Below are positions 38,460 to 49,848 of a DNA stretch of 64,000 bases, piece by piece (the first letter of the stretch is position 1; each line of letters begins with the position of its first letter). The notes under the pieces are model-generated. The model was given only the letters and a program-made list of their open reading frames with translations, made no database searches and had not been told where the DNA came from. This stretch comes from Azolla caroliniana (lineage: Eukaryota > Plantae > Polypodiophyta), in contig JBHGNT010000016.1 in assembly GCA_043228905.1 (NCBI GenBank), positions 10,416,001 through 10,480,000 on the forward strand, given 5' to 3'. The translations under genes were made by a program, and so were the position numbers.

Positions 38460-39179
38460 CGTTGATGTGTAGGACACAATGTATTTAGGAAAGAGCGAAG
38501 TAGGCTTATAGGATTGGCTAATCAAGTCAACTAGGCAAGTTATGTTGTACTTAGTCTTGAAGTATGTGCCATTGACTTTAAGATAAGTACTATCTAGCAC
38601 TAGCTTGTATCTAGGGAGTTGGGTCATATTAAATGACAAGTTAGTTGACAGAAAAGGAATATCTCCACTACTATCAATTGACATGCACATTTAATGTTAC
38701 ACTCAAACCAAACAGAGAATATAATCCACTCCCTTAAACAATGGTGTGATGATGATCAGTCCCCACTAATTTTGTAGTGAGTTGGTCCAGATCACATCTA
38801 AGCTCTAAGGTGTGAGCACATGGGTGAACTACCATTGTGAGCTACTCTCACATAGAATAAAAGTTTTATTTTCATATATCCCTCTCTGTGATTGTAACTC
38901 TATACACCTATCTAATCAATTCTTAATATTTCTAACATGGTATCAAAGCTAAGAGGTTGATCTAGATTAGGTATATATGGGTAGTTTTTGTCTAGCAACA
39001 CAAAGAAATATAGAGAGAGCATTAATGGAATTGTCCACGAATGTTGCAGCTGCTCCCCTAAGGATTCACCCACCTCCGTTTTCTGATGGAAAGCTAGATG
39101 GAACCAACTACACTCTATGGAAGTTCAAAATGTCTGCCATTTTGGACTCCTACAAGTTGTTGGAGACAATCATGAGACC
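38460..39179 (+). mobile_element. 5' end of another Ty1/Copia (LTR to 38937, PBS 38938-38949, gag start)
   Basis: AACA|TGGTATCAAAGC; KLDGTNYTLWKFKMSAIL. LTR start approximate. Confidence 0.75.
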
Positions 39180-40932
39180 TGTTATCTCCTTCTTGGAAAA
39201 CACCTTCGATTACTCCCTCAATAATCGGGTCAAGGAATCATGGTTACGTAGGAGAGTACGATAGGTCCGAGAAAGCCAATCAATTATCTGATAACCAACC
39301 ACAACCGGTGTTCCACTTATGACTTAGGAATAACGGAGTCGAAAGTATAGATTACGGAAACAAACATAGAGATGACACAACAAAGTATGTATATTGATTG
39401 TTGGATAGAATCGATTACAAGGCACACAAGCCGATTATATTACTTACTTTCTCTCTTTTAATCTAACCTAGCATATGCTTATATTCATCCCCCCTTTTCT
39501 GTGCTCCAACTACTTCCTCCTAATTTCACGACCTTTATTCTTGACTGCATGTATTTCGTTCTCCTTCCTCAGTTATGAGTTCTCAGCCAATTCCCTTTTT
39601 ACCTATTTGACCTACTTGTCTCTTTAGGTTCATTTCACACCTTGTGCCCTTTGTCCCACGTATAACACCTAGCACGCCCATGGGATAGTGCCTTGCAGGT
39701 CGACCTCAAAATAAAAAGTCACTAAAAGAAATCGAAATCGTGAAATTCAGAAAAGAGCCGAAAATTGCTACTGTACACTCAATCTTCTTCCATAATGGAT
39801 GTAATGCCCTTCAATTGCTCTTGGATTGAGATCGGCTGTCAAATCGGCCCTTTGTGTCATGTTCTCCTAGGCTTCCGTTTGCTCTACAGCCTGTTGCGTT
39901 GCCTCATCCTGTTTTGGCTCGTCTGCGTGTAACTCGACCGACAAATCGCGTTATTGGTCTTGAGTTACCTCCGTGGATACCGAAGCGACTTCCACTTGCT
40001 TTGGCTTTGTGGACTATTCAACCACTCGTTCCATCTTTGGGCCGGGGCGTGTCACCTCTTCTTCTTTTAGCTCCTGGGTTGTTTCCTCTTTCGGCTCCTG
40101 GGCTGTTGAGGCCTGTGCCGTGGCTTTTGCTTCCTTTTCGGTTTGGAGGCGCTTGCGTTTGTAACCTTTTGTTTCGATCATGAGTAGTAGTTGATCATCG
40201 TTAAATTTCTCAAGGAGGTTTTTGATGGCCGTGGTGTATGTTCGGGCCAAGACTTGGAAATCTTTAGCGAGGTCTTCACACAGGATCTAAATGTTGTTTT
40301 CGTCCATTTTGTAAAATCCGCGACTTTCTTTTCTTCGGTTTTCGGCATCCGCTCGGAAGACCTGTAACTTGACTGCTTGAGCCGACCATTCATTCCATCC
40401 ACGAGCGAGTGCTTCTTCGACTTTTTGATTAAGCTTTAGCCGGTGTTTTGACACTAGTGCTTCACTCGGGTTTGGCCCATTTCATATTTGGTATGAAGGG
40501 TGTCCAGTTCATCTTTAGCCGTCGCAACGTCCCGTTCGAGCTTGACTTTGAGGATCTCGCACGATACGGGTAACTCCAACGAGCTTTTTCTCCATTTCCT
40601 TTGAATGTAGGTCGTAGCGTCGGAGGAGTCGATCTGAAATATCGGCTAACTCCTGCAGATATTGGTCATGTTGTTGTTCGAGTTCTAGTGTCATGGAGAT
40701 TTGCAATTGGTGGAGTCTAGTCCCTCCATATGCTTATATTCAGCCCCCCCTTTTCCTTCTGCTGTTCCACAATTTATATAGTCTCTTCCTCCTAATTTAA
40801 CGACCTTTATTCTCGGTTGCATGTATTTCATTCTCCTTCCTTGGCCATGAGTTCTCAGTCGATTCCCTTTTTTACCTACTTGACCTACTCGTCTCTTTAG
40901 GTTCATTTCAAACCTTGTGCCCTTTGTCCCAC
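39180..40932 (-). mobile_element. Internally deleted LTR element: 3' LTR 39180-39667, decayed extra ORF ~39780-40720, partial second LTR ~40727-40932
   Basis: TGTTAT...ATAACA ends; ~39472-39660 repeated at ~40727-40932; charged, coiled-coil-like ORF pieces on -; tRNA-like motif at 39670-39703. Confidence 0.7.
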
Positions 40933-40933
40933 G

Positions 40934-43741
40934 GTGTCGTGGGGAATTCCGGCTACTAGGAGAAAGGGAGCCGGAGAGCGCGTGAATGGGGGTGTGCATG
41001 GATGCACATGAAATAGGTCTTAGTTTACAAACATGTGTAAATAACATAGTAATAGTTGAGTGTTGAGGAATATTAGTTAGTAGGATTTTGATGGGTACTT
41101 TAATGTCCCATGAAAAGAGAAGCATAAAGCATGTGTGGGGAGGAAACCAAGGGAGAATCGCTGTCACAGTCGATTGTCTTCAACATGTTGTAACGTCCTC
41201 CCCTTGTGCTATAAAAAGGGGAGGCGTTGTCCGACCGAGCTCTACAGACTTCTATTTTCTCTCATTCTCTGTTTTCAGTTCTGGTTGTGTTGCAAGGCGT
41301 CTGTTTCACGTTGGTAGCCCGTGCGTTCCCAATTGGAGGCTCACTAGCGTCTCTATGTGTGTGTCAAAAACTCGAAGCTCTGTTGCCGACCGCATCTGGT
41401 TGTAATCTTTCCTGGTTGCTATTAATCATTAGTATTTTGCTGAGTCTCTCCATGTGTTGTGCATCCCCATATCCTTATCTCTGTTCTGCTCCCGTTTACA
41501 TGTTTGTATCCGAGTACCCGAGCCCATGATCTCTTTGCCACTATCCGGCGACTGGTCTAGAATAATATTCGATTCTGAGCCCGTGTGCTCACCGTCCAGC
41601 ATCCCGACATCGATCCAGAGCGGCCACGTGTCCGGAATCCGTTCTGGACAATCTTCTTCTCACACCGGCTCCTTGGTTTGGGACCCCGGTGGTTCCACTC
41701 CGTTCCGACATATAATCTTGGAAAGCTGCGACATATTTGATGAACCTGACGTGAAAGGGGCTGGTAGGGGAGTCCAAGATGAGAGGAAGTGAACTCGCTA
41801 AAGCAATGGCGGTGGGCGTCGACAGTCTAGTGAACGCTCGTGAGGGCACGAGTACCCTCGACAAGGCCGTAGAGGAAATAGTCAGCACGATAGACTGGTT
41901 CAATGGAAAGGACGTGACAAGCTACCTGGAAGCCTACTAGTCCAAAATGATAATGAGGGACATTCCGGAAGATAGGTAGTTATCTGGATTCCCGTTAGTA
42001 GTGACACCGAGCATCCATGCAGAGGTGATCGAGGTTCAGGCTAACTGCCGGAATTGGGTAGAATTTGAGGCACGGCTCCTCCAAAGGTACGGTTTCGATG
42101 ACTAGCTCCGGTTGTTGAAGCGGGAGTTCATGGAGTGGGTTGAGAGCCCCGGAAAAGGGGGGAATACATTGGTGCTCCTCCAAGAGTTCAAAAAGAGATT
42201 TGGCTGACTTTCGGCATTGGACCGAACCATGCTCGGTACGAGCAAGGGCTTGCTATTTATTAAGTTTGTCGATGTGTTGGACCGAGAGAAGGTGGGTCTC
42301 TTGTTGGAGATGGATCAAGGGCTCACAAACGACTGGGCCATGGCAAAGAGGGTCTACAACCGTTTTGATAAGTGGCTGGATTGGAACAACGAGGGGTCGT
42401 CTACGACTGGCCCGACTATAGGAAAGAAGTTTGAGGATCCGATTCCGAACTAGTCGGAAGAGACGAGACGGTGGCTCGAGTCGGGCATGGCCCCAACCAA
42501 CGTGGCCAAAGAACCTGCTGGGGGTGCGGCTCTGGAGGAGCTGACGAGGATGGTGTCCGATCTCCAAATCGCTCAAGCCCGGAGGGAAGGTGACGGTCAA
42601 GAGTGTGATCGGTGCCCACCGAATGATAGGAGATGCGTGTGGTGTGATAACGTCTGCCAAATCCGGAGAGGAACAACACGGTATATCTTTGGAATGGCAG
42701 GGTGGATACATGTGACACGCGAAGGACCCTAGAACTAAACATTGTCCGGGGTGGGATGAAGAGGTTGATGAAGGAGGCTACGACACGACACGCTGAAACC
42801 GAACATTACTCGTCATCTGCTGGTATTCGGGTCGGGGTGGAGAATAGCAAAACAATGAAGGACATCGGATTTTGGCCGGTGGTACTTGAAACCCTCTCCG
42901 GGAAAAGGCTACGGAAGGAAGAGGTGGACCACGCGGAGAGGCGGGGCCAAGAGGACACTGGATGGAATGATCCGGTAGAAAAGAAAACCGGCTTCGTGGA
43001 AGCCGTGTGCCAGAACTACGAGGTTCTAGTAGAAGATAAGCGGGCCGGAAAATCCGAAGGGGCTGGACCTTCGAACTGATATGAGACCCGGAGTGGTCCT
43101 AAGAGAAATGACGAAGGCCCGACCGGCTCACAAGAGAAGACGATGTTGCCGAGCTTCTGGTTGAGCTCGGAGATAGAAAGGGTGATGGACCTACGAAAGG
43201 TGTTGGAGGAGCGGATCCTCGACGGTTGCGTGGAAGTCACGTTGCAGCAAGTACTAGGGATAACGAAGGAGTTCGACAATGGAATCGTTGATCTAGTGAA
43301 GAGAAAGCGACTCTCGTAAGAGCTCGAACCGGAGAAGCTGATCGAGGTGAGGACAACGTTAATCGATAAAGTGGTTGTAGAAGATGAGTACGATGAAAGC
43401 CACTACATGAGATCACACTAGGCAAGAGCTATGATAGAGACGCCAGTCCGGATCGGGGATGTGCAGGAGCCAGTAGTAGCATTGATCGACCACGGATCGG
43501 AGATCAACCTAATGTCGATGGACTTCTACAAGAAGGGTAAATGGCTGATCAACACCAAACACGGGTGGAAAATATGCGAGGCGCCCCGAGCCACGGAGGA
43601 GCTACACGGAGCATGCTTGAATGTTAGAGTAAAGGTCGAGGATGTCGAGATCGAGCAACACTTCTTCATGCAAGAGATATCCTCCCATCTGGTGATTCTC
43701 ACCAAACCTTATATTACTATGGCTCGAATGGAGACCAAGGT
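40934..43741 (+). mobile_element. tRNA-Trp-PBS Ty3/Gypsy copy 1: 5' LTR 40934-41733, degenerate PBS, gag, protease
   Basis: TGTCG...CGACA; TTGATGAACCTGACGTGA; ALIDHGSEINLMS; collinear with 47608-49000. Confidence 0.82.
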
Positions 43742-46700
43742 TGTTAGAGTGTTGGTATAACGTAAGCATATAATAAGGATAAAAGATATATGAAACAAGA
43801 AAGGAGAGAGAGAAAGAAGGGCACTAATCCACATGACCACCCCCGAATGAAGGGATGGAGACAGACTCTAGCCTCGATCGACATCCCATACCACCATTGT
43901 GGCGTTGAGTCGTACCTAGTGTCGGCGTGCTCGCTCCAAGAGTTGACCCACCACAAGAATAGAGTCTCGACGTAGTCAAGAGATCATCAAATGAGGGTGG
44001 CTAGGCCTCATATTTATGTGAGACCCAAGGCCCCCAGGCAAGTTCACACTTGGCCTAAGGGGTTGTCTCAATCCCGAGGATTAAAAGTAAGACTCCCCTT
44101 CTTTACACTCTCTTTTAACCCTCACACTTATCCACGGGTATAGAATACTACGGTAAATTCTCACCACAGGATATTATATGGTCATGCCCGTAACATACTC
44201 CCGCTCTTTAAAACATTGCACTCTTGCAATGTAAAGTTAGGGAAGTTAGTTCTAAGAGTATTTTCGCGTTCCCATGTGGCATCTTTGATAGTTTTATCCA
44301 TCCATCTAATTTTAAATTCTCGGATTATTTTTGTACGTATATTTTTGTTTTACTATCGAGAATTCTTTTTGGTACATGTGGTTTAGAAGATAATTCTTTA
44401 GAAGTAACTAGAGTTTCAGTTGTAACTGCATTGTCGCCGGAACCTAGAAGTTCTTTTAGACGATGTACATGAAAAACTGGATGAACTTGAACGCCGTTGG
44501 GAAGAGTGAGACGATAGGCTGATGAACCAATGCGTTTGAGGACTTGAAAAGGTCCACAAAACCGTGTTGCTAACTTAGCGCACGTACCTGTAGCCAATGT
44601 CTTAGAATTGTTAGGTACACGTAGAAATACCGTTTGTCCAGAGTTGAATACATGAGGTTGCCTATTATCATCGGCGTAAAAATGCACTCTATCTTGAGCT
44701 ATTTTTATATTATCTCGTGCAATATGCAACATATCTTGCATATCCCAAAGAAAGTTTTGCGTATTTTGCAACTCATCATGATGGATATTAACATCAATCA
44801 GGGCTCGTGGCTGAAAACCATACATCAACATAAAAGGACTATACCCCGTCGACGTATGCTTGGAGCTCTTATAAGAAAACTCCAAAATTGGGAGATAACG
44901 TTCCTATTTTGTTGGTTTTGCACCAACGTATGCTCGAAGCATGGCCTCAATAATTTGATTTACTCATTCTGCTTGTCCATTGGATTGAGGATGATTTGTG
45001 GAGCTCATGCTGAATGTAGTTTCTAATTTCTTAAAGACTTGCATTCAGAAGTCACTAGTAAACTTTGGATCTCAATTACTCCCGATATCCATAAGTAACC
45101 CATAAAAATGAAATAACTCGTCAACGAAATTGTAAGCCAATTCAGGAGTTGTTCCATGGTTTTAGTAGCAATAAATCTGGCCATTTTAGTTAGTCTATCA
45201 ACCACAACCCAGATGGCATCATCACCTTTTTGGGTGCGAGGAAGGCTAACAATAAAATCCATGGATACACTTTCCCACTTATTATTGGGAATGTCCAAGG
45301 GATGTAAAAATCTTGCGGCTTTAAGTTGCTCGGCTTTGTTATCTTGACATTGGTGACATTTAGTCACATAACTATGTACGTTAGGACGCATCTTAGGCCA
45401 ATAGAATTGAGTGGAGATGAGAATGAGTGTACGATGTATTCCAGGGTGCCCTGTTGAGGGTGCATCATGGCATTCAAAAATAATTCTCTTTTTGACCTCA
45501 GGCAAATCTGGAACACAAACCTTCCCATTACGATAGAGAAGACCATTCGCAATGTGGAAGGATTCCTTCGAGGATGTGGTGGTGTCTGTTCCAAACTCAA
45601 CTCTTGCCTAGTATTTCGCAAAATAACTGTCATCAGGATACTTTCCTCAAAGGTGATCATAAAGATATGATGTTATTTCAGTGAAGGTAAGCATGTTAAC
45701 TTCACGGATGTGACTTAGTGCATCAACGACAATGTTCATGGAATCTTTATGATATCGTATGGAAAAAGCAAAGTCCTGGATGAGATCAGCCCATGGTGCC
45801 TTATGACCTTTCAGGTTTTGTTGGTCACCAAAATATTTTCAGGACTCGTGGTCCATAGTTACCACAAAACGATTTCCATAAAGATAATGGCGCCATGTTT
45901 TGAGCATGCGAACTGCAAATAATTCCTTTTCTTGAACGGTATGCCGACATTGAGCAGAATCAAGTTTCTTACTTTCGAATGCTATTGGTTTACCATCTTG
46001 ATATATGACAACACATATAGCATAATCGCTTGCATCGGTTTCAACCTCAAAAGGTTTTGAAAGATCTGGTAAAAGAAGCGAAGGAGCCTTGCACACCAGG
46101 TCCTTGAGTTCCTTAAAGGTGAGGTCTAGTGTAGCATTCTATACAATAGGTTTTGTAGACTTACGCATTTGACATTTTAGAAGAGCAGTAAACGACGTCG
46201 TCAATTGGGATTAATTACAAAGGGATTTTCGTGAAAACCCGACAAAACCAATATTCCAAACAATGGGCCAAAGTTTGATTTTCTCGATGCGAGAAGGAGC
46301 AATTTCAACTGCTCGTTCGGTTATGAGATGTTCAAGATAAGTAATTGATTTCTTGAAGAACTCGCATTTTGAGATCTTCGTGTAGAATTGCTTGTCACAC
46401 AATGTTTGTAAAACAAAGCGGACATGCTTAACATGTTCTTCTAATGTACGACTATAAACTAGAATATCATCCAAGAAAATCATGACAAATTTCCAAGTTG
46501 TTTCGGAAAATGTCATTCATTTCTTGTTGAAATGTGGTCGAAGCATTGGTTAAACCAAAAGGCATAACCAAAAACTCATAATGGCCATAGCGCGTACGAA
46601 ATGTCGTTTTAGGAATATCGTCCTCAATTATACGAATTTGATTGTAGCCCGTACGGAGATCAAGTTTCGTAAATACTGAGCTCCTTGGAGATAGTTAATT

Positions 46701-46975
46701 AGATCGTCAGCCTGGGCAATGGATATGAATTCTTGATCGTCTGCTTATTCAGGCGTCGGTAATTAATACACATACGCCATGACATGCCCTCTTTCTTTTT
46801 TACTAAGAGAATAGCTGCACCACATGGAAATTTACTATGACATATATAACCCATTCATAAATAGTCCTTGAGTTGTTTATATACCTCATCCTCTTCGGAT
46901 CGGCTTAAGCGGTAAGGAGGTATACTTATTGGTGCAACACCAGGTACAATATCTATACGATGGTCTATATTACGT
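43742..46975 (-). mobile_element. Decayed chromovirus (Ty3/Gypsy): RT, RH, IN, chromodomain, PPT ~44198-44209, 3' LTR 43742-44195
   Basis: [43 protein letters not shown]; LTR TGTTA...TAACA. Confidence 0.88.
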
Positions 46976-47611
46976 TGTCGTGAAGATTTCGGGCCATCGG
47001 TAGAAAGAATGTGAAACGTGCGGGAGCACTAGTGTTGACGAGTGCACGCCCCTAGTGAATTAAATAGTGTAAGTACTAAGCATGGGAAAAAGGGGGTGTA
47101 CTAGGTAGTTAAAGCATTAATAGGGATGTCATTTTTTTAGGGAGAAAAGAGGGAGAGAGGAGAAAAGAGAGAGAGAGAAAAGAAGACGAGGAGTCTTACG
47201 ACGTGCCACTGGAAGGTGCTTCCCCTACTCGCGTCAGACGCTCGAGTGCTCCCGACCAGGGGATCTACCTTCTGTGTGCCCACTCATCTCCATATCTGAC
47301 TACTGTAGAGCCTACACTCGAACACCAACACTGATCCCGTTGTAATCACCCATAGCGCCACACACATATATTGATTAATAGAAGCTTATCCACCAAACGC
47401 AAGTTGCCCTTAGCATATATGTCTGCGCATGTGTCTATGCACGTTCCTCTTACACTATCTCTCTCATTTCGGTAATCTTTTCTGTTTAAACCACGGTCTC
47501 AGGGATCTCATAAACCACAAACTCTTCCTCCTCACTTCTCGATTCCTTGGTTCATGACCCCCGTGGTCCTGCCCAACTTCTACGCATCCGCGAGGATTTC
47601 CTCGACATATT

Positions 47612-47628
47612 TGGTGAACCCGACGTGA
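47612..47628 (+). promoter_or_regulatory. Primer binding site complementary to tRNA-Trp
   Basis: TGGTGAACCCGACGTGA matches the plant tRNA-Trp 3' end (...UCACGUCGGGUUCACCA, recalled from memory). Confidence 0.8.
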
Positions 47629-49329
47629 AAAAGGGTGGCAAAGGAATTTGAAAATGAGAGGGAGCGAGCTGGCAAAAGCAATGGCAGTGGCGGATCACCG
47701 CCTGGTTAGCGCTCGCGAGGCTGCGAGTGCCCTCGATAGGGCCATAGAAGCAACGATCGACATGATAGGCCGGTTCAGTGGAAAAGACGCCACAAGTTAC
47801 TTAGAGGCCTAGAAATCTGAGATGCAGATGACGATTATACCCGAGGATAGACAACTAACAGACTTTCCTCGGGTTGTGACACCACACATCCATACAGAGA
47901 TGACTGAAATACAAGTGGGCTTCTATGATTGGGCGGAGTTCGCGGATGAAGTTCTCGAAAGATACAACTATGAAAACTCGCTCTGGCTATCGAGAAAGGA
48001 CTTTATGGATTGGGTCAACAGCCCCGACAAGGGTCAAAACGCTTCGGCGCTCCTCCAGGAGTTCAAGTCACGGTTCGCGTGGCTCTCTAGATTGGACCGA
48101 ACCATGCTCAAAACGAGCAAAGTCCTATTTTTCGTTACGTCGTTTGACTCGCGCGTCCGGGAAAGCGTGGGTCTTCTTCTAGTACCAATCGCGGTCTCAC
48201 GACTGACTGGGCGACTGTCAAAGAAGTATGTAGCAAGATTGACAAACGTTGAGATTGGAAAGAAAGGGAGTCCCCGCCGACCGGACTAGTTGTCGAAACT
48301 AGAGCCGAGCCGACACTGACCCGAATAGAAGAAACGAGGTGGTGGCCCGAGCTAGGCCGGCAAACGTAGTCACGGGGCCTGTAGGCGGCGCATGTTAGAA
48401 GAACTGACAAGGATGGTGCGTGATCGCCAAATCACCCAGGCCCGGCAAAGCGAGGAGGGTCAGTTGTGCGACCGACGACCGCCAGCCAATCAGAGGTGCA
48501 TATGGTGTGACGCCACCGGGCATTCCCGGAGAGATTGCGCTGAGCTCGGTGAAGTAATGTAGTCTTTCTCTCAAATGGCAGGATACATGCAAGCGACACG
48601 TGAAGATTGCTTGATGCGAATTTCGGACGGGGTGGCATGAAGAGGCTAATGGAAGAAGCCGCGTCATGGCACGTCGAAGTTGTCCACTACTCGGCTTCGG
48701 CCGGTATCTGCGTAGGCGAAAGGGCGGCCAAACCCGATTCAAATCCTGGGTTCTGGCCGGTTATTCTCGAGACCTTGTCCGAAGGAAGGTTGCAGAAGGG
48801 AGAAGCGGAGGGCGTGGAGGAACGTGTGCGCGAAGTTACCGGCTGGAGTGATCCCGTTGAGGAGAGCACTGGCTTTGTGGAGGCCGCATGCAGGAACTAC
48901 GAGGCCTTGATCGACGAAAGGCGAGCGGGGAAAACCGGGGGAGCGGGCCCTTCGGGGAGGTATGACACGAGAAGCACGCCAAAAGGGCATGATGCCGAGA
49001 TACGCTTAAAAGCGTGTGGAGCCTTGAGTCATGATGAAGGGATTGGGGAAGCCATGGAGGCGGTCTCGTTCGATGATACCCTTGGAGAAATCAGGAAGGT
49101 AGTCAAGGGAGGCCTAAGCGAAGATCGAGTCATACCGGTCAACTCGGTCGACATGTATGAAGTTATTGTAGACTTCAAAAGAAAAACCAAGGCGCATCGG
49201 ATTGCCCGAGTAGACACCAAGTACAAGATTGTCGACCGGAAGGTGAAGCCCATCGTGGCCCCCTTATCAGAGGGCAGCTAGGAACGAATAAAGGGGGTCG
49301 CTACCGACCCGAGCTTGCGAGATCGGGCA

Positions 49330-49748
49330 TGTTACTCTCTGACCGGACAAGGTCTAACACAAGGTGTCACGGAGACACTTCACCAAAGGGTGATTACGGC
49401 ATAGGATTAAGATTCAACGATTACACCGACTTACGTAGGTTACACGATTAAAGTGCTTTGGTTAATTACACGCGTAAGATATAACAGTAAGTACAGAACG
49501 GAAATCAAGACAGAAGTATAAACATCATAAGCTCTATTAATTATCCGCTGCCATTACAATGGGGTCCGGGCCTTTAAATAGGTTTCCGGCCCGTAGTACA
49601 AAACGGTGCCTATCGCACCTATTCGGGATCCGTCCGGATCTGGAACGGCATACCGTTTCCAGTCCGTCCGTCCACACTATGCTCATTTACAACCATATAT
49701 AATTAATTCCTTCACTCCGTATTTTGGACTCCTTGCCGGCCGGTAACA
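49330..49748 (-). repeat. 3' LTR (419 bp)
   Basis: TGTTAC...GTAACA; TATA-like CCTATTTAAAGG and T-rich U5 on the - strand. Confidence 0.95.
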
Positions 49749-49750
49749 TA

Positions 49751-49788
49751 TGGCACGCCCGTGGGACAGTACCTTGTACGTCGAACCC
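49751..49788 (-). promoter_or_regulatory. tRNA(Arg)-3'-end-like motif at the expected PPT position
   Basis: Element sense reads GGGTTCGACGTACAAGGTACTGTCCCACGGGCGTGCCA-TA-LTR; 28/34 identical to 39670-39703. Confidence 0.7.
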
Positions 49789-49848
49789 TTCTCAGCCCCT
49801 TCATTGTTCACCCGAATTGTCCAAAATATCTTGTTCCAGAGTTTCCAA

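Noticed and set aside
49751-49767. Ordinary PBS of a + strand element
   Set aside because: All ORFs, the LTR promoter/U5 layout and a PBS at the other end point to the - strand, and no PPT abuts 58769 on +.
49751-49830. tRNA gene
   Set aside because: Only the T-loop and 3' acceptor strand resemble a tRNA; no D-arm, anticodon arm or 5' acceptor strand is recognisable.
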